Position numbers and translations under genes: made by a program
Notes under the pieces: model-generated
The model's database searches: none
The model's input: only the letters and a program-made list of their open reading frames with translations
What the model was told of the DNA's origin: nothing
Origin: Candidatus Micrarchaeota archaeon
GTDB lineage: Archaea > Micrarchaeota > Micrarchaeia > Norongarragalinales > Norongarragalinaceae
Direction of reading: 5' to 3'
Assembly: GCA_016207165.1 (NCBI GenBank)
Contig: JACQQD010000012.1
Coordinates: 69,803 to 133,802 of the forward strand
Length of the DNA stretch: 64,000 nucleotides
In this document: piece by piece, positions 17,851 through 27,143 of the stretch
Layout of the letters: every line of letters begins with the position of its first letter
How positions within the stretch are numbered: position 1 is the stretch's first letter

Positions 17851-18549
17851 TTAGCGCACGGGCTGGTAGTCTGAAAAGCTCTTGCGCCACAGCGTGTATT
17901 GAACCCAGTTCTGGAAGTGGAAACCGACGAACCGCGTGTAGCCCCATTCGCGGATTCGGCGGGGCGAAATGTAGGCCACGGCGTCTTTCACGAAGACGTT
18001 TTTCCCGTGGCGAAGCGCGCGCTTCTGCAAGTCGACGTCCTCGGCCGTTACCAAGTCGGTGTTGAAGCCGCCGATTTGGTGGAAGACGTCGGCGCGGATG
18101 GCCAAATTGGATCCGGCACCGGTGGGGTGCCCCAAACGCAAGGCGACTTGAAAGACTTTGGGCATGACGCGGTCGGCCATAAAGTGTTCCACGCGCGTGG
18201 ATTCGGACAACAAAATCTTGCCGTGGGTGCAGGCCACCCCCGGGTCGGCAAAGGGGCGGAGCAAGTCCAACAGCCAGTCTTTGGGGTAGCGGGCGTCCGC
18301 GTCGGCAAACACCAGCCATTGGCCTTCCGCGGCCAGGGCCCCTGCTTGGCGGCCAGCCGCAATGGTGCGCTTTTTCTCTACGATGACTTTGTCGGCCAAC
18401 GCATGCGCCAATTCCTGGGTGCCGTCCTGGCTTTGGCCGTCGGCGACGATGATTTCGTCGGCGGCAAAGGACTGGTTTCGAAGGGAAGCCATGCAACGGG
18501 AAAGCGATTTTTCCTCGTTGTACGTGGGCACGATGACGGAAACGTTCAT
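17851..18549 (-). CDS. Family 2 glycosyltransferase
   Basis: VSVIVPTYNEE, DGQSQDGT, FADAD, GGF...EDVD. Confidence 0.92.
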   Translation of the reverse strand: MNVSVIVPTYNEEKSLSRCMASLRNQSFAADEIIVADGQSQDGTQELAHALADKVIVEKKRTIAAGRQAGALAAEGQWLVFADADARYPKDWLLDLLRPFADPGVACTHGKILLSESTRVEHFMADRVMPKVFQVALRLGHPTGAGSNLAIRADVFHQIGGFNTDLVTAEDVDLQKRALRHGKNVFVKDAVAYISPRRIREWGYTRFVGFHFQNWVQYTLWRKSFSDYQPVR

Positions 18550-18648
18550 GAATGGTTTGGGAAGGAGGGCACTAAAAAAGGTACCCCGCCTGGGCCCGCC
18601 GCCGAGTATTTATACGCGGAATGCGTACCCCAATGCGACCCACAACCC

Positions 18649-19326
18649 ATGGATTTGGTTAGCTTCGTCGTGCAACCGACTTGGAAGGAAATGCTCCTGG
18701 AACTGGTTAGCACCGAGCAGATGGACCCGTGGGACGTGGACGTCGGCCTCATCGCCGAGAAATACCTGGAAAACGTCAAGGCGTTCCAAGCCTTGGACCT
18801 GCGCACTCCCGCCAACGTGATTCTGGCCGCGTCGCTTTTGTTGCGCTTCAAGTCCGAGAACCTCATGGTTGAAGAAGAAGGCGACGTGGACACGTTCGAG
18901 GAAAGCCGGTTGCAGGACGAGGCGTTGCCGGAACTGGTCTTCCGCATCAACCGGCCCCGCCGCCGGCGCGTGACGTTGGACGAATTGATGAAGTCCATGG
19001 AGGCCGTCATGCGGAAGGGCCGCAAAACGCCTCCGCCGCGAAAAGCGTTTCTGCCGGCGATGCTGGTGCACGTGGGCGAAGAGGACATGGACCAGAAAAT
19101 GAACGCGGCGTTTGAAAAAGTGTTGTCCAAAAAGGACGGCGAAGGCGTGGTCTTGTTCTCGGATTTGTTGGAAGAAAAGACGCCGGAGCACGTCGCCAAA
19201 CAACTCTTGCCGGTGCTGCACTTGGTGCAGGAACAGAAAGTCAACGCGTGGCAGGACGAGTTCTTCGGGGAAATATTCATTCAAGTCATTGAACAAAAAG
19301 CCGTTGCGGACGCGGAGAACAATTAA
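18649..19326 (+). CDS. scpA: Segregation and condensation protein A (kleisin)
   Basis: MDPWDVDV...YL, AASLLLRFKS, VTLDEL, LHL.....Q.EFFGEI. Confidence 0.9.
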   Translation: MDLVSFVVQPTWKEMLLELVSTEQMDPWDVDVGLIAEKYLENVKAFQALDLRTPANVILAASLLLRFKSENLMVEEEGDVDTFEESRLQDEALPELVFRINRPRRRRVTLDELMKSMEAVMRKGRKTPPPRKAFLPAMLVHVGEEDMDQKMNAAFEKVLSKKDGEGVVLFSDLLEEKTPEHVAKQLLPVLHLVQEQKVNAWQDEFFGEIFIQVIEQKAVADAENN

Positions 19327-19330
19327 ACCT

Positions 19331-20104
19331 ATGGGAGTGCAACGGAGAATCGCGTTGGCGTTTTTGGTGGGACTGGTATCCCTGTCCACGTTCGCATTTT
19401 GTGTCTCGTATTCGGTGCAAAGCGTGGGGTTGGATGAAAAGGTGTGGCTCAACGCCATTGAAGAATCGGGGGCGGTAGACCAGTTGCTGGCCCACAGCGG
19501 CTTGGGCGGGCAGGTTTCCCCGGAGCTGGTCAAGCGCATCCTGTCCAAAGAATGGATTGACGGCCAGACCAAAAACCTGGTGCACAACGTGTTGTCTTAC
19601 GTCAAAGGCGAAAGCGCGAACTTGGAACTCATCGTGGACTTGACGGAGCCTAAAGAACGGTTGCAAGCACTGGGGTTGGGCCAGTTGGATGCGGTCAAGG
19701 ACGTGCCGGATCGCATTGACTTGGCGCAACGGCCCGGAGCCAAAGAAGGCGTTGACCAGTTCCGCCAATACGTGCAGGCCCTGCAAACGGCGGTTATGGC
19801 CAGCATCGTCATGGCGCTTCTTTCCATCGCCGCGCTGGTGCTTTGGGCGAAAGACGCCAAGTCCAAGGTGCGGCTGCCGTCCACGGGGCTCATGCTTGGC
19901 GGCTTGAACGCGTTGCTGCTGGCCTTCGTGTTGGGTGAAGTCATCCAGAAGAATTTGCCGTCGGAATTTCAGGTTGCGGCACAGGCCATCATCGCGCCGT
20001 TGTTGGGTTCGGTCAACACGTGGGCCGCCGCGTTCGTGGTCATTGGGGTTTTGGGGTTGGCGGCAAGCCACTGGTTCGTGAAAAACGACTCAAAAGCGGC
20101 CTAA
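19331..20104 (+). CDS. Hypothetical membrane protein
   Basis: N-terminal TM helix, soluble domain, three C-terminal TM helices. Confidence 0.75.
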   Translation: MGVQRRIALAFLVGLVSLSTFAFCVSYSVQSVGLDEKVWLNAIEESGAVDQLLAHSGLGGQVSPELVKRILSKEWIDGQTKNLVHNVLSYVKGESANLELIVDLTEPKERLQALGLGQLDAVKDVPDRIDLAQRPGAKEGVDQFRQYVQALQTAVMASIVMALLSIAALVLWAKDAKSKVRLPSTGLMLGGLNALLLAFVLGEVIQKNLPSEFQVAAQAIIAPLLGSVNTWAAAFVVIGVLGLAASHWFVKNDSKAA

Positions 20105-21482
20105 ACGTAACGCGTTTCTTGGCTTGGTGCGCCTGCGAGACGATGACTTGGCTTTCCAGAACGTCCAACTCCAACGTGGCCTCAGCGAAAAAGTCGGCCT
20201 CGTGTTCGCAGGACACAGCCAACGCTACGCTTGGGGACACGGCGTGCTGAACGCGGCTGGATAGGGCGGAGGCGGGCGCATCAAACACGGCCAGAACCGC
20301 GCCAGGATACGGCGGACTCTCAAGCGTCCGAAGCAGGGACAAGGCGAAAAGTTCCGCCACCGCCGGAGAGAGGCCCTGCAAGTCGACGTAATGCGCTTGG
20401 CCGAAGCCGGAAGACCACGGTTGCCTGAATTCATTGACGGGATTGGCGCCAAACGTGGAGGGAAACGCTTTCTGGATGACGCGCAAGGCGCGGAGGGTTT
20501 TTTGGATGGCGTACTGGGGCGTGTCGCGCGAGTCAGACATTTTCTCGATGCGTCCGACGAGGTCCTCCAAAGACGAGGCGTCCGCGTACACGCGGTCCAA
20601 AACCGGACGGACTTGGGCGTCGTTGACGCCCAACATGGTCGCAAACCAGTCTAAGTCCACGGCGCGCAAGTCGATGGACAAGCCCTTGCCGGGCACGTAG
20701 GCCTTGAAGGGAAACGGATGGGTTTGGGTTAAACCGAATTTCTCAAGGTCTTTAGGAGACGGATCGGTTTGCTGGAGTCCCGAGAAAACGCCGGAGCCAT
20801 CGAAAACTAGGACGGGAACTCCGGCGGACAGAACGCCTTCGGCCAAGGCTTGCAGGATCGGAAGCCGGTCGGCGTGCGTTTTCCCCAGCACTTTGGTGCG
20901 CAACAAGGCGGACACCGGCAAAAACACGCCCTGGTTGTCGGCGTCCAGACCCAAAAGCATGCGGCCAGCCTTGGAAGTCGCGGCAGGAGTGTGGTCTTTG
21001 GGGACGCCGGATAGGGCGAACAACGTCAGGGGGTCGCCAAAAAGAACATCCATTTCCGGGTCGCTGGCATGGGGTTCCCGTACCTGGAAGTCAAAGGTGG
21101 CCGCGGCGTCCATGACGATTTTCGTGGAGCCCTCCAGTTCCTGGTGCTGGCGCTGCAACGCCGAGACCAATTCGCTTTGGTTGTAGGGCACGTAGTACGG
21201 CGTGGCCTCCAAAAGCAAAAACTTGGTTCGCTTGCCGGAAGCGATTTTCTCGATGAAGGTAATCTCTTTCTGCTGGGAAGTCGCAAACGCGTCGGTGCGG
21301 CCGTCCACCAAGAGCGGGCGCTTGAGTAAAACCAGGATGCCGTTGACTTTCTCGTCCGTCTTGTCAAAAACGGTGAGCATCACGAGGTTTTCCGCGTTGG
21401 TGTACACACTCACGGGGTGACCGGACCACTGGGCGGAGGCGATGCGGGACCAAGGCCCAAAAGGCAGGCTCACGTCAGACAT
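20040..21482 (-). CDS. HerA/DUF87-like protein with degenerate P-loop
   Basis: LLGLD....V..P...L.RT.VLGKTHADR (eroded Walker A) and GVPVLVFDGSGVFSGL strand typical of HerA/DUF87. Confidence 0.6.
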   Translation of the reverse strand: MSDVSLPFGPWSRIASAQWSGHPVSVYTNAENLVMLTVFDKTDEKVNGILVLLKRPLLVDGRTDAFATSQQKEITFIEKIASGKRTKFLLLEATPYYVPYNQSELVSALQRQHQELEGSTKIVMDAAATFDFQVREPHASDPEMDVLFGDPLTLFALSGVPKDHTPAATSKAGRMLLGLDADNQGVFLPVSALLRTKVLGKTHADRLPILQALAEGVLSAGVPVLVFDGSGVFSGLQQTDPSPKDLEKFGLTQTHPFPFKAYVPGKGLSIDLRAVDLDWFATMLGVNDAQVRPVLDRVYADASSLEDLVGRIEKMSDSRDTPQYAIQKTLRALRVIQKAFPSTFGANPVNEFRQPWSSGFGQAHYVDLQGLSPAVAELFALSLLRTLESPPYPGAVLAVFDAPASALSSRVQHAVSPSVALAVSCEHEADFFAEATLELDVLESQVIVSQAHQAKKRVTFRPLLSRFSRTSGLPPTPKPQ

Positions 21483-21538
21483 ACAGTCAAACAGCAAGGC
21501 GGGGAAATTAATAAACGCTTCAACGATGCAAGCAATAC

Positions 21539-21856
21539 GTGGACAAATACGCCAAGTTGCTGGCCAGCCTCGCCATTGACGCGCTGGGCTTCGTGGCCTT
21601 TGGGGCAACGGAGTTCGGCGACCTTTTATGGGCCCCCGTCTCCGCGCTTTGCATCGCGCTTTTGTACCACCGCGATTTTTACACGTTTTTGGGCTTTACC
21701 GAAGAGATTCTACCCGGAGCCGACGTCGTGCCTACCGCCACCATCGCGTGGCTGGACGAGAACGGGTTCCTGAATATTTTCCACAAAAAGCAAACCTCCC
21801 ATCGCCGAGAAGGGCCGCTTCACGGAAAAAACCGGACTATCACCCTGGCTGACTAA
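21539..21856 (+). CDS. Small membrane protein
   Basis: Hydrophobic 105 aa with D..WAP.S and EEILPG.D.VPT.TIAW. Confidence 0.75.
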   Translation: MDKYAKLLASLAIDALGFVAFGATEFGDLLWAPVSALCIALLYHRDFYTFLGFTEEILPGADVVPTATIAWLDENGFLNIFHKKQTSHRREGPLHGKNRTITLAD

Positions 21857-21929
21857 AGAATAATTTTTATAAAAAATATTCCTATAAGAATATAGGGGCC
21901 TTTTTCTTTGCAAACCGCCACAGAACCAT

Positions 21930-22078
21930 CGGGGCGATGAGGACACTAATCCGGTCGCCCCAGGGGAACCCAGGTTCCCCTTGGCACGCCCTGCGCCTCG
22001 ACCCCTCCTGACGCACGATTTCACAAGATACGTTCTTTAAGCACGAGCCAAAAATCAATACGGGGCGATGAGGACACT
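21930..22078. repeat. 18-bp direct repeat CGGGGCGATGAGGACACT (2 copies) with associated hairpins
   Basis: Copies at 21930-21947 and 22061-22078; stems GGGGCGA/TCGCCCC and AGGGGAAC/GTTCCCCT. Confidence 0.75.
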
Positions 22079-22119
22079 GTCCCAGACCGAGTCAACACTG
22101 TGACGACCAAGGTAGCTGC

Positions 22120-22797
22120 CTAGCCCCTTTTTTTCATTTCCGGAAGCCGAAGCGCATGGCCCAAAAGGGCTTGAACAATCTGGTTGCGCGCCAACTCATC
22201 CAGCGGGTGGCCGTCGGGGTGCAACACAAGCGCGCTGCGGTCACTGAAACGGGACACGAAATCCAAAAACGCATGCCACGCGTTTACGGGCGTCGGACCC
22301 GCGGCCAAGTCGGACTGGTAGTGGACGGGTAAGTGATGCGTGGCCATACGCCATTCGGACTCCGACCCATCGTAGGCGTTGGTTCGCTTCAGTGCTACGA
22401 CGACTTGGGCCACGTCGTTGTGGGGGTCAAACCCGCGTGCCTGGGGACTCCGTCGGGGGTGCCGGTATGCCAGCGTCAATTCGTAATCATCCAGTGAAGC
22501 CAATTTACCTTTGAACGTCCAGGCGCGAACGGAGTCGCCTTTTACGACGTTGGGAAACCAGTGGTAAATGGATTGAAAGCGGCTGTGGTGTAGGCGGGGC
22601 GGATCCCTCGGCCAGGTGCGGCGCAGGTTGTCCAAAAGGTCACCCAAATCGTAAAATCCGTCCATTTCCAGGGTCGCGGAAACGCGCGCGCGGGCATCGC
22701 GGTTAAGTCCATCCAGACGCGAAAGCCGACGGGCGCCGTCTGACAACCGCCCTTGATGAGATGCCGGCCTTGCTGCGGGACGCTCTTGGAAATCCAT
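22120..22797 (-). CDS. Hypothetical protein
   Basis: 225-aa ORF co-oriented with upstream regulator; no motif recognised. Confidence 0.6.
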   Translation of the reverse strand: MDFQERPAARPASHQGRLSDGARRLSRLDGLNRDARARVSATLEMDGFYDLGDLLDNLRRTWPRDPPRLHHSRFQSIYHWFPNVVKGDSVRAWTFKGKLASLDDYELTLAYRHPRRSPQARGFDPHNDVAQVVVALKRTNAYDGSESEWRMATHHLPVHYQSDLAAGPTPVNAWHAFLDFVSRFSDRSALVLHPDGHPLDELARNQIVQALLGHALRLPEMKKRG

Positions 22798-22815
22798 AAA
22801 CGAGTATACGGAAAC

Positions 22816-23493
22816 TTAGCGTTCGCGTTTTTTGTTCTTTCGCTTTTCGTCTTCGACGCACACCAGGCCCTGGACAATCAGGTTGCCCAAGGCGGTGGGC
22901 CGAACGGAAAGGCGTCCCTTGTGGCGTGCGACGTCCACCAAGCCCAAGGTGACCAAGCCCGGTTTTTGGTTGGAGCCGTGCACGTGGTACGTGACCAGCG
23001 GCAGACTCATGCTCAACGCCTTGGACATGGACTCCAGGGAATCCACGCCGCCGCGGCTGACCAGAAAGCGAAGCATCTCGGACTTGCGCTCCGACAACGC
23101 ATGATAATAGGAGAACTTCATGATGGGGTACGCGATGATGGCACCGTCAGACAGTCCAATGGCCTGCACCCCGTTGACAAACGCGGCGCTAAGCATGATG
23201 CAGGAGCTTTGGTGGTCCGCGTCGACGTTCAAGATCAGCCGGTCGCCGCCGGCACCCTCGGAAAGACGCGCCACGGATTCGAAAACCGTTTCAAACGTCA
23301 GGCAATCCAGTCCAACCAAATCCGCCCGCACGTTGGATTGGGACAACGCCACTTGCAGTGACTCGGCTTTGCGTTGGTGGCGGGGTTCAAACAGCAAGAC
23401 GATTTTCCGGGAGGGAAAACGCTGCAACCCCAATTCCAGGACGTCCTTGACATCGGAATCCGGTCCCACCACTGCCACCATCACGTTGGCCAT
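22816..23493 (-). CDS. CARF-like (Csa3/DUF6293-type) domain plus winged-HTH regulator
   Basis: Rossmann-like N-terminus (VMVAVVG, KIVLL, LILNV, MLSAAF) followed by wHTH (SLESMSKALSMSLPLVTYHV...LGLV...T.LG). Confidence 0.65.
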   Translation of the reverse strand: MANVMVAVVGPDSDVKDVLELGLQRFPSRKIVLLFEPRHQRKAESLQVALSQSNVRADLVGLDCLTFETVFESVARLSEGAGGDRLILNVDADHQSSCIMLSAAFVNGVQAIGLSDGAIIAYPIMKFSYYHALSERKSEMLRFLVSRGGVDSLESMSKALSMSLPLVTYHVHGSNQKPGLVTLGLVDVARHKGRLSVRPTALGNLIVQGLVCVEDEKRKNKKRER

Positions 23494-23595
23494 GTTTTGA
23501 CCCAACGCAAAGCGACTATTAAAGTTTGGGTTTAACTTCAGGGATTGGCCTGAACTAGCAAACCGGCTTTAAGCAAGAAGATCCAAAACGGTTGT

Positions 23596-24159
23596 ATGGC
23601 CGTGGAATTGGACGCCAACGCCTTCAAAGCGTTGTCTTCCGAAAGGCGAGTGGAAATCCTCAAAGCGCTCTCCAAAAAACCCAGGAGTCTCACGTCCCTG
23701 GCGCACGAACTGAAGTTGAGCGTGCAGGCCACCGACGAGCACCTTCGCAAACTGGAGTCCGCGGGACTGGTGCAAAAAAGCAAGCACGCCAAGTGGACGT
23801 ATTACGCGCTTGACGCGAAAGGCGCCGCGCTTTTGGCCCCCAACCGCCAACCCGTGTACGTGCTGTTGAGCATTTCGATTCTGCTGTTGGCCGCCGCGGG
23901 CTTGACGTGGCTGGATGGCGACCGCCTCGTCGCATACGCGGCACAAACGGGTGTCGCGGAAAGCAAGGCCGTCGCCCAGGACGCCGAGCCGCTGGCCGCC
24001 GCGGCGCCGGCGGAAGCATCCGACGCACGCACGGCGGAAATCCAAGCCGAAAGCGCGCCGACGCCATCCGGTTTTCCGTGGGCGTACGCGCTGGGTTTTT
24101 CGGGCTTCGCGTTTTTGTTGGCGGCCGTCATCGCGTGGCACCGGCAGAACCAGAACTGA
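23596..24159 (+). CDS. ArsR-family wHTH regulator with two TM segments
   Basis: FKALSSERRVEILK.L, HLRKLESAGLV, YY.L; then TM, Ala-rich linker, TM. Confidence 0.85.
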   Translation: MAVELDANAFKALSSERRVEILKALSKKPRSLTSLAHELKLSVQATDEHLRKLESAGLVQKSKHAKWTYYALDAKGAALLAPNRQPVYVLLSISILLLAAAGLTWLDGDRLVAYAAQTGVAESKAVAQDAEPLAAAAPAEASDARTAEIQAESAPTPSGFPWAYALGFSGFAFLLAAVIAWHRQNQN

Positions 24160-24226
24160 ACGCTTGGATTGAACCGTGGAAATGCCCTGGCCTTGGATTT
24201 AAAAGTTCGGGTTACTAAGTCAAGGC

Positions 24227-25480
24227 ATGGTTGAAGTTGGCATATTCCTGATTGGGGCCATCATTTTCATCGGATTCGTCGGGACGTACTTGTTTGAACG
24301 CACCAAGATTCCCGACGTGCTTTTGCTGATGGTCATCGGCATCCTGTTGGGGCCGGTGTTTCGCATCGTCGACGTGAACTTTTTGTTTCCGTTGGCGCCG
24401 TTTTTCGGGGCCGTGGCCCTCATCGTCATCTTGTTTGACGGCGGCCTGAACATGAACTTGTTCAAAGTCATCGGCGAATTGGCGCCGGCAACCGTGTTCA
24501 CGGTCTTATGTTTTCTGGGTTGCGTGGCGGCTACGGGAGCCATTTTGACGTGGGGATTCGGGTGGAACGTGTGGCACGCGCTTTTGCTGGGAGTCATTTT
24601 GGGCGGAACCGCCAGCAACGTCGTCATTCCCATCGTATCGAAATTGACGGTTTCCGATGAAACCAAGACCATCCTGAGCTTGGAGTCGGCTTTGAACGAC
24701 ACGCTGACCATCGTGGGCGCCATCGCGTTGGTGGAAGTCATCGCCACGAACTCCGTGGACGTGCAAAGCGTGTCAAACGCCATTTTGGGCGCGTTTTCCA
24801 TTGCCGCGGTGGCCGGCGTGGTGGCCGGCCTTGCGTGGCTTAAATTTTTGGAGTACTTCCACGAGAAAAGCTTCGGCTACATGCTGACGTTGGCGGCGTT
24901 GTTCGTCCTTTACGCCGCGGTGGAGTCCGTGAAGGCCAACGGAGCCATTGCCGTGCTGGTGTTTGGGTTGATTTTGGGCAGCTCCAACCAGTTGATGCGC
25001 TTCATCGACGGCAAGAAAAAGCCGTTGGAAATGGAGGGACCCCTCAAGCGGTTCCACACCGAAATCTCGTTTTTCATCCGCACGTTCTTCTTCGTGTACA
25101 CCGGCATCCTGCTTGACTTGACGGCCATTACGGGGCCGGTGGCCGTGGTTTCCCTGGCGGTGCTGGTCGGCCTTTTCGCGTCCCGCCGGCTCGTCGTGGA
25201 ACTGTTTTCCCGGTTTTCCAGAAGAATTGAACCTTACAAGATGCTCATGACCGTCATGATGCCCAGGGGTTTGGCCATGGCGGTGTTGATTTCCATTCCC
25301 AGTTCGCGGGGAATCCAGGTGCCGGGCTTTGAAGCCATCGGCCTCTTGATTCTGCTTTTGACCAACCTCTTGGCGACCGTGGGAATTTTTGCGTACGAAC
25401 GCGGCAAAGGACTGGCGCGGCCCGCGCTTTTCTCGGGCGCATCGCGTCCCCGCGTGCTGAGCCAACGGGTGAAGCGATAA
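24227..25480 (+). CDS. Cation/H+ antiporter (CPA1, NhaP-like)
   Basis: ILFDGG, LESALND, RTFFFV, MPRGLA; about 12 TM helices. Confidence 0.9.
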   Translation: MVEVGIFLIGAIIFIGFVGTYLFERTKIPDVLLLMVIGILLGPVFRIVDVNFLFPLAPFFGAVALIVILFDGGLNMNLFKVIGELAPATVFTVLCFLGCVAATGAILTWGFGWNVWHALLLGVILGGTASNVVIPIVSKLTVSDETKTILSLESALNDTLTIVGAIALVEVIATNSVDVQSVSNAILGAFSIAAVAGVVAGLAWLKFLEYFHEKSFGYMLTLAALFVLYAAVESVKANGAIAVLVFGLILGSSNQLMRFIDGKKKPLEMEGPLKRFHTEISFFIRTFFFVYTGILLDLTAITGPVAVVSLAVLVGLFASRRLVVELFSRFSRRIEPYKMLMTVMMPRGLAMAVLISIPSSRGIQVPGFEAIGLLILLLTNLLATVGIFAYERGKGLARPALFSGASRPRVLSQRVKR

Positions 25481-26665
25481 ATGGCATCCCCTGGAGTTGA
25501 CGTGTTATCCACCATCGAATTCCAGATCAGTTTGTTCTTGTTCGTGGCTTTGCTGGGGTACTTTATTTCCACGCGCATCGGACAAAGCGTGGTCATCGGC
25601 GAAATTTTCGTCGGCATCGTCGTGGGCCCAAGCATTTTAGGGTTGATCACGTACACGGACTTCATCCAGAATTTAGCGACGATGGGCGCCATCTTTTTGT
25701 TGTTCGTCGTCGGACTTCAAACCAAGTTCAAGGAAATCTACAACCTGCGCGCCATCGTGATTGCGTTAGTAGGAGTGGTGGTGCCGTGGATTGGCGGCTA
25801 CGCCGTGGCGCAACTGTTCGGCTTTCCGGTGGGCCAAGCCATCTTCGTCGGAACCGCCATGACGGCCACATCCATCGCCATCACCGCGCAAGTGCTCAAA
25901 GAAATGGGTAAACTGGACACCCCGGCTGCCAACGCCATCATCGGCGCGGCCGTGATCGATGACGTGCTGGCGCTTTTGGCGCTGTCCCTCACCCGCGAGT
26001 TTTTGACCCACAGCATCGACGTGAACAGCATCGTAATCAGCATCGCCATCGCGTTTCTGTTCCTGTTTTTCGGAGTATTGCTTGGGACGCGCGTCATCAA
26101 CCCGTATTTGGAGCGGTTTGACAAGTGGGCCAACAAGCACGGCGTGGAAAAAGCCACGTTTTTGGCCGCCATCGCCTTTGCCTTTGCGTATGCCTTGGTG
26201 GCTGAAGTCGTGGGCCTTTCTGCAATCGTGGGCGCCTTCATTGCCGGAGTATCCCTGGAGTCTCTCAAGATCCACAGCTACCGGGAAGGATCGGAGTATC
26301 TGGAAGCCATCTTCGCGGCCATCTTCTTTGTGTCTCTCGGCGTCCTTTTGGATGCGTCGGCGTTGGCTTCCGTGGCGCCGTTCATCATCGCCTTAACGTT
26401 GGTGGCCATTGTAACAAAGGCCATTGGTTGCGGCGTTCCGGCACGGCTCATGGGACTGAACACGACGGAATCCATGATCGTGGGCCTTGGCATGGTGCCG
26501 CGAGGCGAAATCGCCATCATCGCCGCCTTGATCGGCTTGACGCAGGGATTCATCACCCAGGAAATCTATTCCGCCGTAATCGTGGTCAGCTTGTTAACGA
26601 CCATCGTGACCCCCATCTTTATCGGCCGGCTTTTTGAGTCCAAGGCTTACAAAGTCAAAGCGTAG
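25481..26665 (+). CDS. Cation/H+ antiporter (CPA2, NapA/Kef-like)
   Basis: ATSIAIT, AAVIDD, IFFVSLG, MVPRGE. Confidence 0.92.
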   Translation: MASPGVDVLSTIEFQISLFLFVALLGYFISTRIGQSVVIGEIFVGIVVGPSILGLITYTDFIQNLATMGAIFLLFVVGLQTKFKEIYNLRAIVIALVGVVVPWIGGYAVAQLFGFPVGQAIFVGTAMTATSIAITAQVLKEMGKLDTPAANAIIGAAVIDDVLALLALSLTREFLTHSIDVNSIVISIAIAFLFLFFGVLLGTRVINPYLERFDKWANKHGVEKATFLAAIAFAFAYALVAEVVGLSAIVGAFIAGVSLESLKIHSYREGSEYLEAIFAAIFFVSLGVLLDASALASVAPFIIALTLVAIVTKAIGCGVPARLMGLNTTESMIVGLGMVPRGEIAIIAALIGLTQGFITQEIYSAVIVVSLLTTIVTPIFIGRLFESKAYKVKA

Positions 26666-26673
26666 ACCGGATT

Positions 26674-26823
26674 TCAGAAAATGGGTGCACCGCTTAGAAA
26701 GCCGTTCATGTGCAGCAACCCGTAGACGGTGCCGAAAAACAGAACGAAATTTTCAGGCGATATGTCGCCAGTGACCGCTAAAAGCGCGGTGATGGCAAAA
26801 AGGATCTTGAAGTACAGGTCCAT
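26674..26823 (-). CDS. Putative 49-aa membrane micro-protein (below ORF-track cutoff)
   Basis: MDLYFKILFAITALLAVTGDISPENFVLFFGTVYGLLHMNGFLSGAPIF*; two hydrophobic stretches. Confidence 0.5.
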   Translation of the reverse strand: MDLYFKILFAITALLAVTGDISPENFVLFFGTVYGLLHMNGFLSGAPIF

Positions 26824-26899
26824 AACGGAAAACCTGGAAAGACCAGTTTTTATTCATTTTGAAGTGGTAAATTCGGCTGGTTTTCGTGGACGAGGTGGA

Positions 26900-27070
26900 C
26901 GGAAGCGTTTCCAAGTCCAGGGTTTCGCGGACGCGTTTCTCGGCGGCCTGCAACAAGGCTTGCGGACCGGGTTTGGGGACCCCTTATTGTCGACGCCTTG
27001 CACCCAAACCACGCCCACATGCAACGCCCGAAAAACGCCGAAAAATCGCCGGATCGATGCGAAACTCCAT
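26900..27070 (-). pseudogene. Frameshifted, truncated B3/B4 (PheT editing-like) domain gene
   Basis: MEFRIDPAIFRRFSG / LHVGVVWVQGVDNKGSPNP / QALLQAAEKRVRETLDLETLPS read across three frames. Confidence 0.65.
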
Positions 27071-27143
27071 ACGATTGCTTCCCCGCATTCTTGCGGCTTG
27101 AAACCTATTAAAGCGTGGCCCGCGTTGTTCAATCCGGTTTTCC

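Noticed and set aside
21931-22010. Fluoride riboswitch (GGCGAUGAGG start)
   Set aside because: Loop too long, 3' pseudoknot motif does not match, and no downstream co-oriented gene
21930-22078. CRISPR array
   Set aside because: Only two 18-bp copies with a 113-nt spacer and no cas genes
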